Of a DNA stretch of 64,000 nucleotides, positions 10,856 to 24,300 are shown piece after piece. The stretch is from Paecilomyces variotii. Taxonomy: Eukaryota. A model generated the notes under the pieces. That model ran no database searches, was not told where the DNA came from, and was given only the letters and a program-made list of their open reading frames with translations. The DNA lies in NCBI GenBank assembly GCA_004022145.1, contig RCNU01000003.1. The stretch is one strand, 5' to 3'. Position numbers and translations under genes: made by a program. The stretch's first letter is position 1, and the number at the start of each line of letters is the position of its first letter.

Positions 10856-12360
10856 ATGGAGTCCAATTCCGAACTCTTGAAACTGGCTTCAGCGATATCC
10901 TCCTCCACAGCTACTCTAGATCGATATCTGAAGGATAACGGGATAGCAGAGCCGTCGTTTGATGCCAATGCTCCTCCTCAACTGGCCCTCAAGTCTGCTG
11001 AAGCATTCCAAGCCAAAAACTCAGCTATCAATGCATGCCTGGAGCTGCTCGATCGACTGCAAGGGCCACTGACATGTATGCTTCCTTTGGTAGGTTCTTA
11101 GTGATTGAAATGAATGTCAATTTAATAACTTGCTAATGCCTGGTTAGTACAATGGCAGCGCCCTGCAGGCGATTTCACGCTACAATATTGCCACCCATGT
11201 CCCCATTGACGGAAGCGAGATTTCCTATCCCGATCTCGCCAGCGCAGCCGGTATACATGTCGATGATCTGAAGCAGGTCATCCGCTTCGCTATCGTTTTT
11301 CATCGACTGTTTCAGGAGCCCCGGAAAGGATATGTCACCCATTCTGCCGGGTCGCGCAAGATCGCAGAAGACCCAATTGTGCAGGCTGGTGTTGGGCAGT
11401 TCGATGAATTTTATGGCTCGTTTGCCAGAGTGAGTTCGTCGTGAAATTTAGATCATGCTGTTGCTGACAGTCAATCTCAGACGGTGGACGCCATGACCCA
11501 ATTCCAGGGGCATGAGCCAAACGAAACGGTGCGTCAGGGAAACTATCCTCACTCTTTTATCTTCTTCGTTTTCTGATTAATTGACAGGGTTTCTGCCTCT
11601 CCCACAATACCAACGAGGATCTATTTAGCTATCTTCGCTCGCGGCCAGCCGCAGCGAAGCAATTCTCCGAGGCGATGAAATTCTATACAGGTCCGATTCC
11701 GGCATATTCACCGAATCTCCTAGTGCAGGGCTATCCGTGGCATCAACTTGGGAAAGATGCCGTCGTAGTTGACATGGGGGGTTCAACTGGCCATGTCGCA
11801 CAGTTAATTGCGCAGGCAGTGCCTGACATTCAGGTTATCGTCGAGGATCTCCCACATGTTGTCACAGAAGCAGAATCAGCAAGAGCCATGGACAACCAAG
11901 AGCTGCGACAACATCGTCCAGTCCTGTTCAAAGCACATGATTTCTTCACGCCGCAAACAGTTGTCGCCGATGCATACCTGCTCCGCTGGGTGCTGCACGA
12001 CTGGCCAGATCACTACGTCCTCAAGATTTTGCGCCAGCTGGTGCCTAGTCTCCGAAAAGGAGCACGTGTTATTATTAACGAAAGCTTGTGTCCTGAATCA
12101 GGGTCATTGCCGCTGGCAACGGAGCGATACATCCGGTAGGGTCATACTGATAATAGATCTTATAAAAAAGAGGAAGCTGACGACGGTTGATCTCCAGATA
12201 CATGGACTTGATGATGTTGGCCATTAACAAATCACGATTACGGGACGAGGAAGAGTGGCAACAGCTGTTTCGCGAAGCGGACCCCAGGTATGGACAATTG
12301 AAGTGCTGGACACCGGAGGGATCAGCATTGGCCATTATGGAAGTAGTCTGGGAGGGGTAA
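10856..12360 (+). CDS. SAM-dependent O-methyltransferase (Methyltransf_2 family), 5 exons
   Basis: N-terminal dimerisation region (LxxYLxxxGxxEPSFD), VVDMGGSTGH SAM motif, HDFFTPQ, LRWVLHDWPD, then MDLMML...R.EEEW. Confidence 0.92.
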
Positions 12361-13343
12361 AGAAGCCATTGTATCTAATCCGTCGATCTAGCTGAGAAAT
12401 ACCGGTTGGCTTTTTCCAGTGGAGACGGTAACATGTATCTAATTACTTGGTTCAAGTAACTAATTACGACAGACCGTCAAGACGGTGGCTGGAAGATAGG
12501 GTCCGTGAATCAAAGTAATTAGAGTATATAACCTTATATGTTAGTGTGCCAACATACAACATTTCTCGGCTGGAACCGCAGATCCCTGAACGCCACGAGC
12601 CATAAGTCATCTTAGTGCGCTCTAGTTTGATCTTTGGCTCTTGACTCTTGAGTACAATGTGCAATTCCCGCCCCCACGCGGTCGATCTGCTTATTCCTAT
12701 CACGCCAAACAGTCGAATAGAACTGTTACATCGACCTGAAAATTTGATCAGCCCCTCAGATATTAGACCAGCCCCTCAGATATCAGTTTTGGAACCCTAT
12801 TCATTCATATCTGTCCTCCAGTAGGGGCACTGCCCTGATAGTAACACAACGTCGTCCTAGGACCCCGAAACAGTCCAATGATAATACATGAGTTCTGCAG
12901 GAAGGCCTGACGCCGAGATACTTACTGCCGCCCTCTGCGCGTGCCAATGTTTGTGCGCAATATAGGTAGACTCCGTCTGACCCGCTTCGAACCGGGCCAC
13001 GCAGTACCTAGATAGACTTCGGATTTGTCCACATTGGGAAGATATTGTTCTTTACTTAGCGTAAAGTTTCTAGTATGACCTTGCATCGAGTCTAGGTAGG
13101 TTCTTCTACACCTTAATGATCCCGCCGCGGAATGGAGGATTTTGAATTGCCGTCCCAACCACGCGATCGTATGATCTAAGTACATCGAGTGGCTGGAAGA
13201 ATTGTGCAACATGTTGATCGTTGGCACTCACTGAAGAATTTCCTACGGAGTATTAAATCCATTTATAATTCAGTTAACTATCCGACACAGGGTGAAAAGT
13301 TCCGCCTTAGTGATATCATACTAAGTCATCTTTTAGTCCTTTG

Positions 13344-13379
13344 TCAGCTGCATGCATGTGTGAGACATGTTGATGATAA
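13344..13379 (+). repeat. 36-bp direct repeat, copy 2 (copy 1 at 5489-5524)
   Basis: 33/36 identity to 5489-5524, same orientation. Confidence 0.8.
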
Positions 13380-13576
13380 TTGGGCGTGATAACAATTGAC
13401 TGATTCCGGTAACCATCGCATCATTTTTTATTACCCTATCGTTACCACCTAATTATGAAATGAAAAGCTGGTTGGATTGTTTCTATAATTTAATTTACTC
13501 TGAGAAGTAGAGCCGTGCTATGCGTTACCTCTTTTAGTACATGAGATAGATCTATTTGTTCCTTTCTTGCTACCAA

Positions 13577-14599
13577 TCATACAGGCACCGTAACATCTTT
13601 CAAAATCTGGAGAATACTATCGACGTCTTCCTTCGGAGTCCGACCCATGCCACACTCTGTAGCTACTCCAAAATCGCGTGGGACCACGGAACGGGCGACT
13701 TCGATACGTCGCTTTGTTCCCTCCAGGTCATGAGGATGCACGAGGCCCAGGTAGAGCCGTCCATTGGGGCCGATGTTGAGCTCCTTCAGCGGTTCGAAAT
13801 AGGCCTCGTCGTCCCGACTCTTGGGGACTGGGAGGTGCACCCAATCGACAGGATGCTTAAGACGGCCAGCGATCGAGTTGGCCAGATCAACGATTAGCCC
13901 TGTGTCCTGTGGTTCGACAAAGTGCTGATGGTTAAGGTCTCCGTAGCAGAGATGGAAGCCCAATGGAACATTTGCCGGAATATTAGCGCTGATGCGCTCC
14001 AACCGGTCGAGGATGCCTTCCTTGACAGGGGAGAACCAGGCTTTGAGGAAGGGCTCCTTGATATTACCGCGGTCGAATTCGAGCGCTGTGACCTCGAAAC
14101 ACACGTCCCACTGCAGCGCCAGGTCTTCCGCGGGAATCTTATCGATGATGTTCGCCAGCGAATCGAGCATTCGCTTTTCGTAGAGAGGCTCTAACTGTGC
14201 GTGGAATTCACTTCTGGTATGGCCTTGAATGCAGGCCAGCGGTGGAGGCAGCGCGACCAGGAACCGCACACCTGGCGGGATGATATTTTTCTTGCGTAGT
14301 TCGACAAAAGTCTCGTAGGACTTCAATGCTACCGTATCATATTCTGTTGGTGGAATCGACTCTAGAGTAAAGCCTGGATGGTCGGCCGGCGGTTCGGTGC
14401 CGCCCAAGAAATACTGGATGGTCTCCTTTGGAAAACGAGCGAGCTGCCATCCGATATAGTTGCCTCGATCGCCCGTTTCGCCATCGGGGATGCAACGAAC
14501 TCGCCCAGGGAGACTGTTGGCAACTGTAGTGAAGACTTCCTCCGCTGACGACAGCGGAATACTCCCCACTAGCAAGACTTCGGACGGAGCAGCTGTCAT
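13577..14599 (-). CDS. Intronless MetE/UROD-like (cobalamin-independent methionine synthase C-terminal-like) TIM-barrel protein
   Basis: 340-aa ORF with LLVGSIP, IPDGETGDR, LQWDVCFE, GFHLCYGD (HxC), LYLGLVH and VATECGMGR (C-terminal Cys). This is the Zn-ligand pattern of the MetE superfamily. Confidence 0.75.
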   Translation of the reverse strand: MTAAPSEVLLVGSIPLSSAEEVFTTVANSLPGRVRCIPDGETGDRGNYIGWQLARFPKETIQYFLGGTEPPADHPGFTLESIPPTEYDTVALKSYETFVELRKKNIIPPGVRFLVALPPPLACIQGHTRSEFHAQLEPLYEKRMLDSLANIIDKIPAEDLALQWDVCFEVTALEFDRGNIKEPFLKAWFSPVKEGILDRLERISANIPANVPLGFHLCYGDLNHQHFVEPQDTGLIVDLANSIAGRLKHPVDWVHLPVPKSRDDEAYFEPLKELNIGPNGRLYLGLVHPHDLEGTKRRIEVARSVVPRDFGVATECGMGRTPKEDVDSILQILKDVTVPV

Positions 14600-15190
14600 A
14601 TTTCGAAGCGGTGGAGTGTTGTCTTTAAAAAGAAATCGAAAAGTAGGCTAATAATATTGTCTATCTCAGTTTTCTCCCAAGGTTGGCAAGTGCCACGAGG
14701 AGAGACCAATGGCCTTATGAACCTTTGGGGGGGTTATGCTCTTTGAAGGGAAGATGTGATATGATATCCGGGGTGGGGAAGTGTTTTTGTGAGGGAACCG
14801 GGGCAAAGTAAGTACGTACTTACTTAGCAGACAATCGTCCAGGTCGTTCTTTTTGGACCCCATCCGGCTAATGAGATCACTAACACACGTTCTCAGAAGG
14901 AGACATGTAAGCACTATACATAGATACATACAATGCAGATCATCAAGTCGCAATACCACTTTTTTTGGACAATAAGCTAGAGCTGCTCCTCCCCGTCCAT
15001 CAGCCCTGCCCCAGTCCTTGCACCGGAGAAATGGCCCCCAAATCTATATGCAACTAGTCCATCAGATGAAGTGGTGAAGTGTCGTAGACAGCCACAATGC
15101 AGATCGCAAAGTAAGATGTTCGCTTTTTTAAACTATCCATGACTGCCCCTCTCCGCTGTCATTCAGAATTAACCACTGTATCTGTCAACC

Positions 15191-16704
15191 ATGGCCTCGT
15201 CCCTGACGCCAGAGGAAATTGCCTATTACAAGGCGCATGCCAGTGACAACTTGTCGCCAAATGAAATCGCTACAGATGTGATCGGGTTTATTGTCGCCTT
15301 TACGGCAGTCATCCTCAGAGTAATTGCTCGTCGGCGATCTAGGAAGCAGTGGGGATTTGGCGCAGATGACTGGATGATCGTGGCTGCTATGGTGAGAGAA
15401 TCAAGATGATAATTATCATTATCATTTAGTACAAGAGTATTTTTGCTAATGCACTCGATATAGTTCCCACTGACGGGGTACACAATCTTGCTGGCTTTAT
15501 CGATAGCCAATGGCGAAGGACGACATATCATCTTCCTCAAAAACCCCAAAGCCTTCATCCAGGTACGTTCACACTGTCATGAGTAGTCTGCTAGACCTAT
15601 CTAGCTAATACGGTGCACAGGAATATGTCGCGGCCATTGTCTGCTATTCCGTCGGCGTCATGCTGACCAAGATTTCGATCCTGCTCTACTATCATCGTCT
15701 CTTCCAATCGGTGACCCTATCATGGGTCATAGGGGCAGTTGTGGTCGCCTACAATCTGGCCGTGATATTCGTCGCCGCCTTCGAATGTATCCCACTGTCT
15801 AGTATGTGGACAGGACAACCTGGGAAGTGTATAGCTACGAAAGTTCCTTTTACGATACTGGCGTGAGTAACCACTGGCTCCAACTGAATATCTGGAGAGA
15901 TCTCAAGTTTTGATGTCATTTATTTTTTCAGGGTCATGAACACATTGACGGATATCGCTATATTGACTCTTCCTGTTCGCTATGTGTGTAAATTGCGCAT
16001 GCGGACGACGCGCAAGGTCCAGGTGCTCGCTATTTTCATGTTGGGAGGACTGTAAGTCTCCCTCAGATACCAAATTTACTTACGCATAGTGTCAATCGCG
16101 GACTGATCAATTTTGCATTTCAGCGTTACAATCTTTGGTATCATTCGAGCCGTTGCAGTCGGCACGTCCAAATCAACGGATCCGACCTGTAAGTCACGCT
16201 ATGCTGTGGTCTTCCAAAACTCCCAATACTGATTCATAATGCTCCACAGACAGCGCGGTCTATGAAGGAATCTGGTCATACACCGAAATGTGTGTCGGTG
16301 TGGTCGCCGCTTGCCTACCTACTTTAGGCCCTCTTGTCAGAAGCGGACAGTCAGGAAGCACGGGGAGAAGCCTCTCACTTAAATTCCTGACCCCTTCTCT
16401 ACGGACATGGCGTATGTCAGCATCTCAGAATCGAGCAAGCGCTTCGATAGACGACAAAGCGAGCTGGAAATTGCATGGCTGGCCGTCATCCCAGGATGGA
16501 CAACAGGACTTCTCCAGCACGGTGCATGCCAATCCATCATCTCTCGAGGAAGCAAAAGAGAGAGGAGGATCGTCGGATAATGATAGTGGGGTGAATTTCA
16601 CGGTAGTTGTGTCGCCTGAAGAAGAAGGTGTCGCACGAACAGTATCTCCGCCTCTTGAGATTCGTGTCAAAAGAGGCCTTCATCAGTCTTTTGATCATGT
16701 ATAG
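15191..16704 (+). CDS. Pth11/Sat4-like 7-TM integral membrane protein (fungal rhodopsin-domain family), multi-exon
   Basis: V.LR..AR...GADDWMIVAA, TKISILLYYHRLF, CIPLSSMW, TDIAILTLP, IWSYTEMCVGVVAACLPTL motifs. Confidence 0.85.
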
Positions 16705-17103
16705 AAACTTTTATTTGCACAAGTCATTCTATGATACCACTTTAACGAGATGGGTTTCCCTGGGAAGGAAAGGTTTCTTGGTTGTCAGTTTAGTACTTCT
16801 GTTATTTCCGCCTGATTTTCTTGTTTCATAAGGTATATTGTCCAAGGGTACATGGTGTTTTCGGCTGTTATTCTTCATGCTGGTTACAGCGACTGTACAT
16901 ACAACCTGAGCCATCGTTGATTAGCCAATCCGAGTTCTTACAAGATCATGATTAATTAGAAATCCACAGTGAGCGTAGGCACGTACTGTTCTTGCTACAG
17001 AAGGGATAACAAATTTATGGACTTCCATGCTTCTGTACGTATTGCCATTTATATTTACATTGTTGATGACGAAATCTAGGTAGATCATGCATTGTTAAAT
17101 CCC

Positions 17104-20100
17104 CTAGAAGACTAGCTCTGCGAATCTCAAGTTTTCACTCTGCACAAATTTCATCAGAGTTGCAGGTAGACGTGGGGAACTCGATATCGATACGGTTGGA
17201 TTTGGCTGGTTCCTTTCCGTGTCTGTGGCATTGCGCTCCCTAGCTTGCTGGAAGATAAACCAGGTAAGGTCGCCGTTCCAGCTTTCCATAGCTTTGATTG
17301 CGCTTTCCACACTTCCCAGCTCCATACTCTTTGTTTCGGCTTGTTTGCGTAATCGTGACTTGGTATAGTAGTCTGGCCCTGCAAAAGCCGAAATCCACCA
17401 GCCCAATAAATCACATATTTCATCGCCGATAGCCAGCGGAAGACGAACGTGTGTAAGAAGGGCAATAAATAATGATCCAAGGGCTTTCCAGATACTATGG
17501 TAAGGAGTAAATGAATGAGTCCCTCCGGCATCGGGTCCACTCGAGGAGGAACCAAGGCTAAGAGCCATGTCGAGCTGTCCTTGGGAGTCTTTAGAGACAT
17601 CTGATGACTTGGGTGCAGCAGCGGATAGGTGCTGCATACGCTGAATGCGGCGCTCTTTGGCTCGCTCTGCGTCGAGAAGTACCTTTTCCCACACGCGATG
17701 ATAAAGTCGCTTCCAGCGCGGAAATTCATTCTCCACGCGGGTTGCCATAAAGTCTCCTGCGGTCTTACACATCGTTTCGACAACGGCACATGCAGAGGTG
17801 ATTACAAATGCCTCCTCTTTGATATCATTATCACCATTAACATTGTCTGATGCTTTTGCGATTTCTGAAGAGGCAGAAGCTGCTCTTCCAGACCTAGACA
17901 ATGTCTCTGTCAATGAAGCAGGGGCGGCAATCCTCGCGGAGACTGAAGGCCAAAGGTCGTTGATAAGCGGCAAGAAACTGGTTTCATTCAGGGAAAGGAC
18001 CGGAAGAGCTTGAGTGAGAATGGAAAGAAGTGAGCGGCGAAGAGATGGAGATGGGGAAGAAAGATGTGGCGGTATGGATTTGACGATATGCAACAGAAGT
18101 GTGTGAGATTTGCTTAATGGCTTCTCAGCGTCTTCTGGCTCTCGAGGTGGCGGTAGTGGTCCTTCTGATTCGTCTGGCTCTGATGAGCCCAGAAAGGAGT
18201 CCGGATCCTCCCGTGGTTGCTCAGGACCATCAAGTGCTGCCGTCCATGGCCGCGCTGGATGAGACACCTTTTGTCCGCCTTCATCCAGGTCCATCTCTGA
18301 ATAGCGAGCTCTCTTGGACCTGCGAGTCGCCAAGTCCTCCGCTAGCTTAGAGATAGTAATAGGCTCGTATTGGCGCTTCTTATGAGAAATGGCCTCTCCT
18401 TCCTTACCGGCTGTGATGGACAGCAAAGCTGGTTTCTTTACTCCCTCCTCCACAATAGCTGTCAGAGTCGAGAAGAGCAATTCGACTAGTCTTGGATAAC
18501 CATGATACATATCCAGGATTCCAAAGATCGAATCAACCAGGTCATCCAAGTAAGGAATCAAATTGGCGCCAGATAGCCTTACCATCATCAGCAGCACTTG
18601 TGGGGGATAAGGCGATACGTCGAATGTGTTGAGTTTCAATGCAATCGAGTTGACAAGGTAGTCAGCATTTTCAATTAGCATAGTGCTTGTATCGGGGTAA
18701 TTGCAAGCCGTAGTAAGGATGTTAAGGCATGCCATCGCATGGTCCTGAAGACTCGTGTTGTTCGAAGCCAAGAACCTAAGAACCGGGTACAAGGCATCGA
18801 TAAGTTCAGGGCGGAAGGCCTCTCCAACTTCTTGCGCTTGCAGAGCGACTGCTTCCAGGGCGAGAGCTGAGACGCGCCAATCCCTAGAAGTCGTAATTGG
18901 GGCCTCGTTAAGTATGGGTAAAGCTTCATAGTACAACTCCTCAATAAGACCAGAACGAGTATACGATAATGCTGTAGATCCGAAGGCATCTAGTGATAGG
19001 AGATCTTCGAAGCCCATGGTGCTTTGGGACGTATTTTTCAGGAAATTCAGAGCGAGCCAAAAAGGGGCTATGACAGAGTCACCGGAGGCATGATGTATTC
19101 GGTTCATTATTGATCGTGTAATTGCACCCGCAGAATCTGTGATATTGAGACCTGCAATTAGGGATCGTAATTCTTTTAGGGTGTTTTGCTGACTGCGATG
19201 TTCGAGGAGCACCGGTGGAAAAGATATCGACTTGGCCTTCTGACGGAGAACCTCGAGTTTGACCATGGAATCACCCGTGGAGCTCAATTGCTGTGGGCCA
19301 CTGTCCTTGGCCTTGATAACTGCGGCAACACTGTCGCACAGGCCTGAGGCTATGCTGTCATCCAAAATACTAGAACTGGAGCTGATCTCAGAGAGAACGT
19401 TGAAAGTTGTGGAGATCTGTTTTATAGCTCTTTGCTTGGCTGTCTCATCATTCCCTTGCATGGTCCTAGGGAATGCTGTAATCCAGGTATGCAGCGATTC
19501 TTTAAGAATATCCACGACATATGTGTAAGTGATCGCAACATGCTTTAGAGCAGCATACCCATCATTCGCCATACGGTCCGTCTCATCTCCAGCCAGAACG
19601 ACAATGGTTTCCACCATCAAAGGTAAGGATTCTTGAAGAGAACGAGGGCATCTCTCAATAATCATGAGACAGAGCTCTAGTAGCGCACTTTTAACTTCCG
19701 GTTTTTCGTGGCGTCTTATTTGTATAACGTTTGCTAGAGCGATTTTTATTTGGCCAGCTGTAGCCTTCAGCCATGACTCATCTAGTGCAATTCTGTCGTC
19801 AGATTTGGGCTTCTCGGCCTGCTCTCCTGCGTCGGATATTGCAACATCGTCACGAAGCACCGCTTTCATGATCTCAGTCAATAAGTGCAGAGAGCTCTGA
19901 AGTAAACGAAATGAGCGGCGTGCTTGTGTCGTCGGTTTTATTATCTTTGTTAGTGCAGATATCGTCCGTGGCATAATGCTGGCTAGCACCACTCGATCTG
20001 TTATGCGAGAACAGAGCGCTCGAAGGGCTGCTACAGCCGCTTCCTGAACATCATTGGAACCGCCGTCCGTAAGCCCTTCGAGAAGGATATATGCGGTCTG

Positions 20101-20681
20101 ATCAATTACCGTAGCGGTTCCGACTTCATTAAAGATAGTCCGCTCCGCCACGGGCCCCTCCAGCGCTGTAAAAAGAGCGCCTAAGCACCTGAATGCCGCG
20201 ACGGCCAGCTCCTCGGAATCAGGCTTCTCGACCCCACCATTCTGATTTCGATTTGGAGGTCCACCAACAAGTATAGTCATCAGAATAATAAGTTGTTTGC
20301 CCATCTGCGGCGATAGGCGATGCCTCCACCCCTTCTCGACCAATATTCGCAAACAATCCACAGCAATTTCAAGGCAACGGGCAGACACCCTTTTTGTCTC
20401 GTTAAAGACGTGGGATAGAGGAAAGAATACATATTCTGCCAACTTCTCGTCAAGGGCGTCCTTAGTTCGAGGTTCGTTCAGCACGTTGTGCACGGCTTCA
20501 AGGGCGTGGAGGACGTCATTCGTAGTTGTTTGGTGAGCTCGAAATTTGAGACCGACGGAACTCAGTTCAACGCACGGCGGCCGTAACTGCAGACTTAGTT
20601 AGCCATAGACGCGATCTTAATATATCTACTATAACTGGAGGTGCTTGCCTTCTTGAATGTCTCCTGCCGTAGGTCCTCCAT
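17104..20681 (-). CDS. TTI1: TTT complex HEAT-repeat subunit Tti1 (TEL2-interacting protein 1)
   Basis: Long helical ORF with LAEYVFFPLSHVF, ENADYLVNSIALKLNTF and FLPLINDLWP. A short first exon MEDLRQETFKK joins LRPPCVELS via an intron at 20648-20587. Confidence 0.85.
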
Positions 20682-21341
20682 CTTGCAGTTGTCGGATCAG
20701 ACATTCGGCGATTTTTGTGCCTGATATGAATGGAGAATAGTCAGACGAAGTTTCCACTCGCCAAACTGCCGCACTTATATTGGATATAAATCAGAAAAGA
20801 CCTACTGAAAGGTAATCTGCTTATCCATTCTTTCTTTTCGATAAGATAGAATCTTGAATACATCCAGCTCCAAAGCAGGTCTAGCCAGCCTCGCCGCCCG
20901 CCTTTTCTGCCAACAGTTAAAGGCGGTGAATACTGGGCTGTAATTATGTTTGATCTGTTTGCCACCTTTCATTTAACCAATCAACTAAACACTTCATAAC
21001 TCTGGATCGATACATTAATATGTTGCTTTTTTCTTTGCTGGCTCTAGTAGCTATAGGAGTCTATTTAGACCCAAGAGTGATTTCTAGAACTTTTTACATT
21101 ATTTGTTACTAGCGATCGAGAAGTTCCATATTGTTCCTTACTGCTTGCGTAAGTATCTGAAACTGCCTAGCATACATAACTACCGTTTATCAAACTTGAT
21201 AATCAACGCGTGGTATGGCTGATTTTTCTTATAAGCAATGAGACGACAATAATTTCGAAAATACCAGTGGTTTCTACAAGTATCTAACCGAAGTTGTTAC
21301 GAGATAAATTGACTGCTGCAAATCCCATTTCGATATACCAG

Positions 21342-24300
21342 TCAAAACTGCCACTGCTGCAACCAGTTTCGCATCAATGACGCGGAGACTGGCCCCAGCG
21401 ATCTCATGGTTTCACTTGCTTCTTTGGCTCGCTGGACATCCAGCGGCACTGAGAGCTTGCTTCCCTCGTCCAGCAGCCCTTGATAGAAACTCAGCAGTTT
21501 GAGAGCAGGTTTTTCAGCGATATCCATGTTGCTTGGGCTTTTGATACTTTCAAGTTCAGTAAGCCACGCTGAAGACTCGACCGGCTGGACAGTATACTTG
21601 TCCTGGATGGCCGGGATCAGTGTTGACCATGGTGTTCGTTCCGGATTCACCAGATGAAACACGGCCCAGGGAGTATCTGACTGATTTACGTGGCGCATGG
21701 AGATTATATCCATCATAATTGAGGAGAGCGTGTCCTGTAAGTCGCAAGGTCAGCACGGACTGCAGCTGACAAACAATACCTTATGAACGACAAATCTTAC
21801 CACAGGCACCCAATCAACCTCCATCGAGCCCAGTTGATTAGGGATTTTCCCCATTGCTTTCGAGGTCACAATAATTGTTGGCAGCCATTCGTGCGGATTC
21901 CATTGTCCGCTGGCAGTAGTCGGGCCCGCGATTTGTCCTACGCGGTAGATAGTCGTAGGGACGCGAGATCTTCGCGATGCCTCCAGACAGATGCACTCCG
22001 CAATATATTTTGACTCAGCATAGCCTTGTGGGAGAACCACCGAGCTGCCCATCGGTTGTTCTGGAACCAACGGTCCAAGATCTGGGGTCCAACCGCCCAC
22101 TGTACTGATAGAAGAAACAAAGTGAATATGGGTTCTCTGGCGACTGCTCAAACTAAAATCAACAAAGTGGCGCACACCACGAATGTGAGTGTCTTCGAAG
22201 GAATCAACGGAATGATTGAAGTCGACTTTCCATGCATTGTGAATAATAGTATCGACGGAGTCAAGGAGCTCCCTGTATTTTTCCTCGCTGAGACCAAATC
22301 GTGGTTCTCCGAATGAGGCTTGAAGGAACTCTACTTTACCCTTCAAGTTACTCGCATCCGCGTACAGGCCCTTTCCTTCAAAGCCTTTCTTCTGTCGAAG
22401 CTCGGCGTCTGAACGATTGAGACAGTAAATTTTGGAAACTGAATCGCTGTTCAACAGGGTATAGAGCAGATAGGTTCCCAGCGAACCAGTCGAACCAGTC
22501 AAAATCACAGTTGAGGGTAAATCTAATCCATTATCAGGGAGGGCTTCCTCCTTGACCGGGATATCGGACGTATACTTTTCGACTAACATCTTGATCTTGT
22601 CTTCCCGCGGTATACCATCCTGAACTTTTCCCTCTAAGATATTAACGAGAACCCAAGCCAACTGCTCTATTGTCGGGTTAGCGTAAATTGTCTGAGCAGT
22701 GATCGCCCCCGGTTTTATTTCCGGCCGACGAAGCTGTATGCCCTTTTGCAGCGTTCGAGAGATCTGAATAGTCATTAAAGAATCAAGGCCAGTACTATAG
22801 AGGTCTTGATTGATCAGAACTTCAGACTTTCCCAAGACACGGATTACGGTCTGGCGTATATACTCTGTAATGGTTTCTGGGTCCAAGGTCTCGGGAACAT
22901 GATGGTCCAAGTCATCTTCCAGTTCTGTAGCATAGAGTGCATCAATCTCTTTCTCATAATCTCGAAGAACAGCTCTACGCTGAATAGTGCCTTTCGGAGT
23001 TCGTTTGAATGGTTTGGTCTTTGAGGCGAGTCTGATATTGCTCTTCACGATCCGACCATGGGCAGCAATAGACTGATTTGCCTCTTGGACAGTCGGCCAG
23101 ATTTCCTCAATGAAGATATTGTCGTCCATTTCTGGGACGCCCTGCTTTGGTTCCACGAGCAGCCCAGCTTGAAATCGGGACTCGCCGACTACCAGTGCCC
23201 CTCGAACCAGGGGATGTCCTGCGATGATTGTCTCCATTCCGACAGGATTGAATTTCTCGCCGTTGCTGAGGACAATAACATCATCCTTTCGCCCGTAGAA
23301 TTTCCATAAACGCGGGTTTGTCGGATGTTGAATATACAGATCGTTGGTTCGGTACACTTTGATTTCGGGGTAAATATGGAAGACACCTTGAAACTCGCGG
23401 GAATTCTGCTGTCGAGGAATGACCATCTCGTACAGACCGTCGCCAAAATCCTGCATATCCAGCCCGTATGCTTCATTCCATTCAAAATAACCCCAGTTGG
23501 CTTCGTCCTCCGGCACTAAAGATGGCACCACGCCAATCTCACTAGCACCAAGAAGAGGTACGATCTGAGTATATTGGCGCAGCCGCTCTCCCGTCTCTGG
23601 TGCGAGAGGCGCACCTCCAAAATTCACTGTCCTAAGTCCTTTGAGACAGTTCAATGCATCACTGGAATGACTCAGGTCTTCCAGGATCGAGGGTGGAAAG
23701 ACCGCAGCTGTGGGACGGGTTGTCTGTAGAAGTCCTACCAAGTGTTCCACCGATAGGGGCTTGTCAGGGCCATACAGGACAGGGATCCCGAACCAAATTG
23801 ACAAGACAAAGGAGAGTAGTCCCATCCCATGGAAGAAAGGTGTCGTGGATAGTAGCAGGTCTTGTGAGCTCAGAGTGATGAATGCAGCTGGCTGGCGACC
23901 AGCCGGCCATGCAAGCTGAGCAAGATTATCGATGCACATCCAGAAACCGTTTGTAAGATTAACTGGTTTCGGCATGCCTGCATGAAGAGAATTAGCACAT
24001 TATTGCATTATGTCCGTCATACACCTACCTGTGGTTCCGGAACTATGGATGATGCACAATGTCTCGTTTTCTGCATCAGCATAAGATTTGGTGTACGCAT
24101 ACGAGCGTTGTCCACCCTCATTGCTGAGAATTTCCTTCAAAGTCGGAACCCGGAAGACTTCCAAGGAAGGCAAAAGTCCTTTTATTTCCAATGTTCGTGT
24201 TTCTCGTTCCTCGCTGAAGAAGAACTTGTTGCAACTTGTTGCTTGTAAGAGATGAAGATGGGCTTCATCCGAATTTCTGGTAGAAGTGAAGAGAGCCTTC

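Noticed and set aside
12400-13300. Gene-free kb after the OMT with a 15-bp tandem duplication (cagcccctcagatat, 12749-12763 and 12769-12783) and short ORFs
   Set aside because: No second precursor-like peptide, TIR pair or protein motif could be supported by eye.
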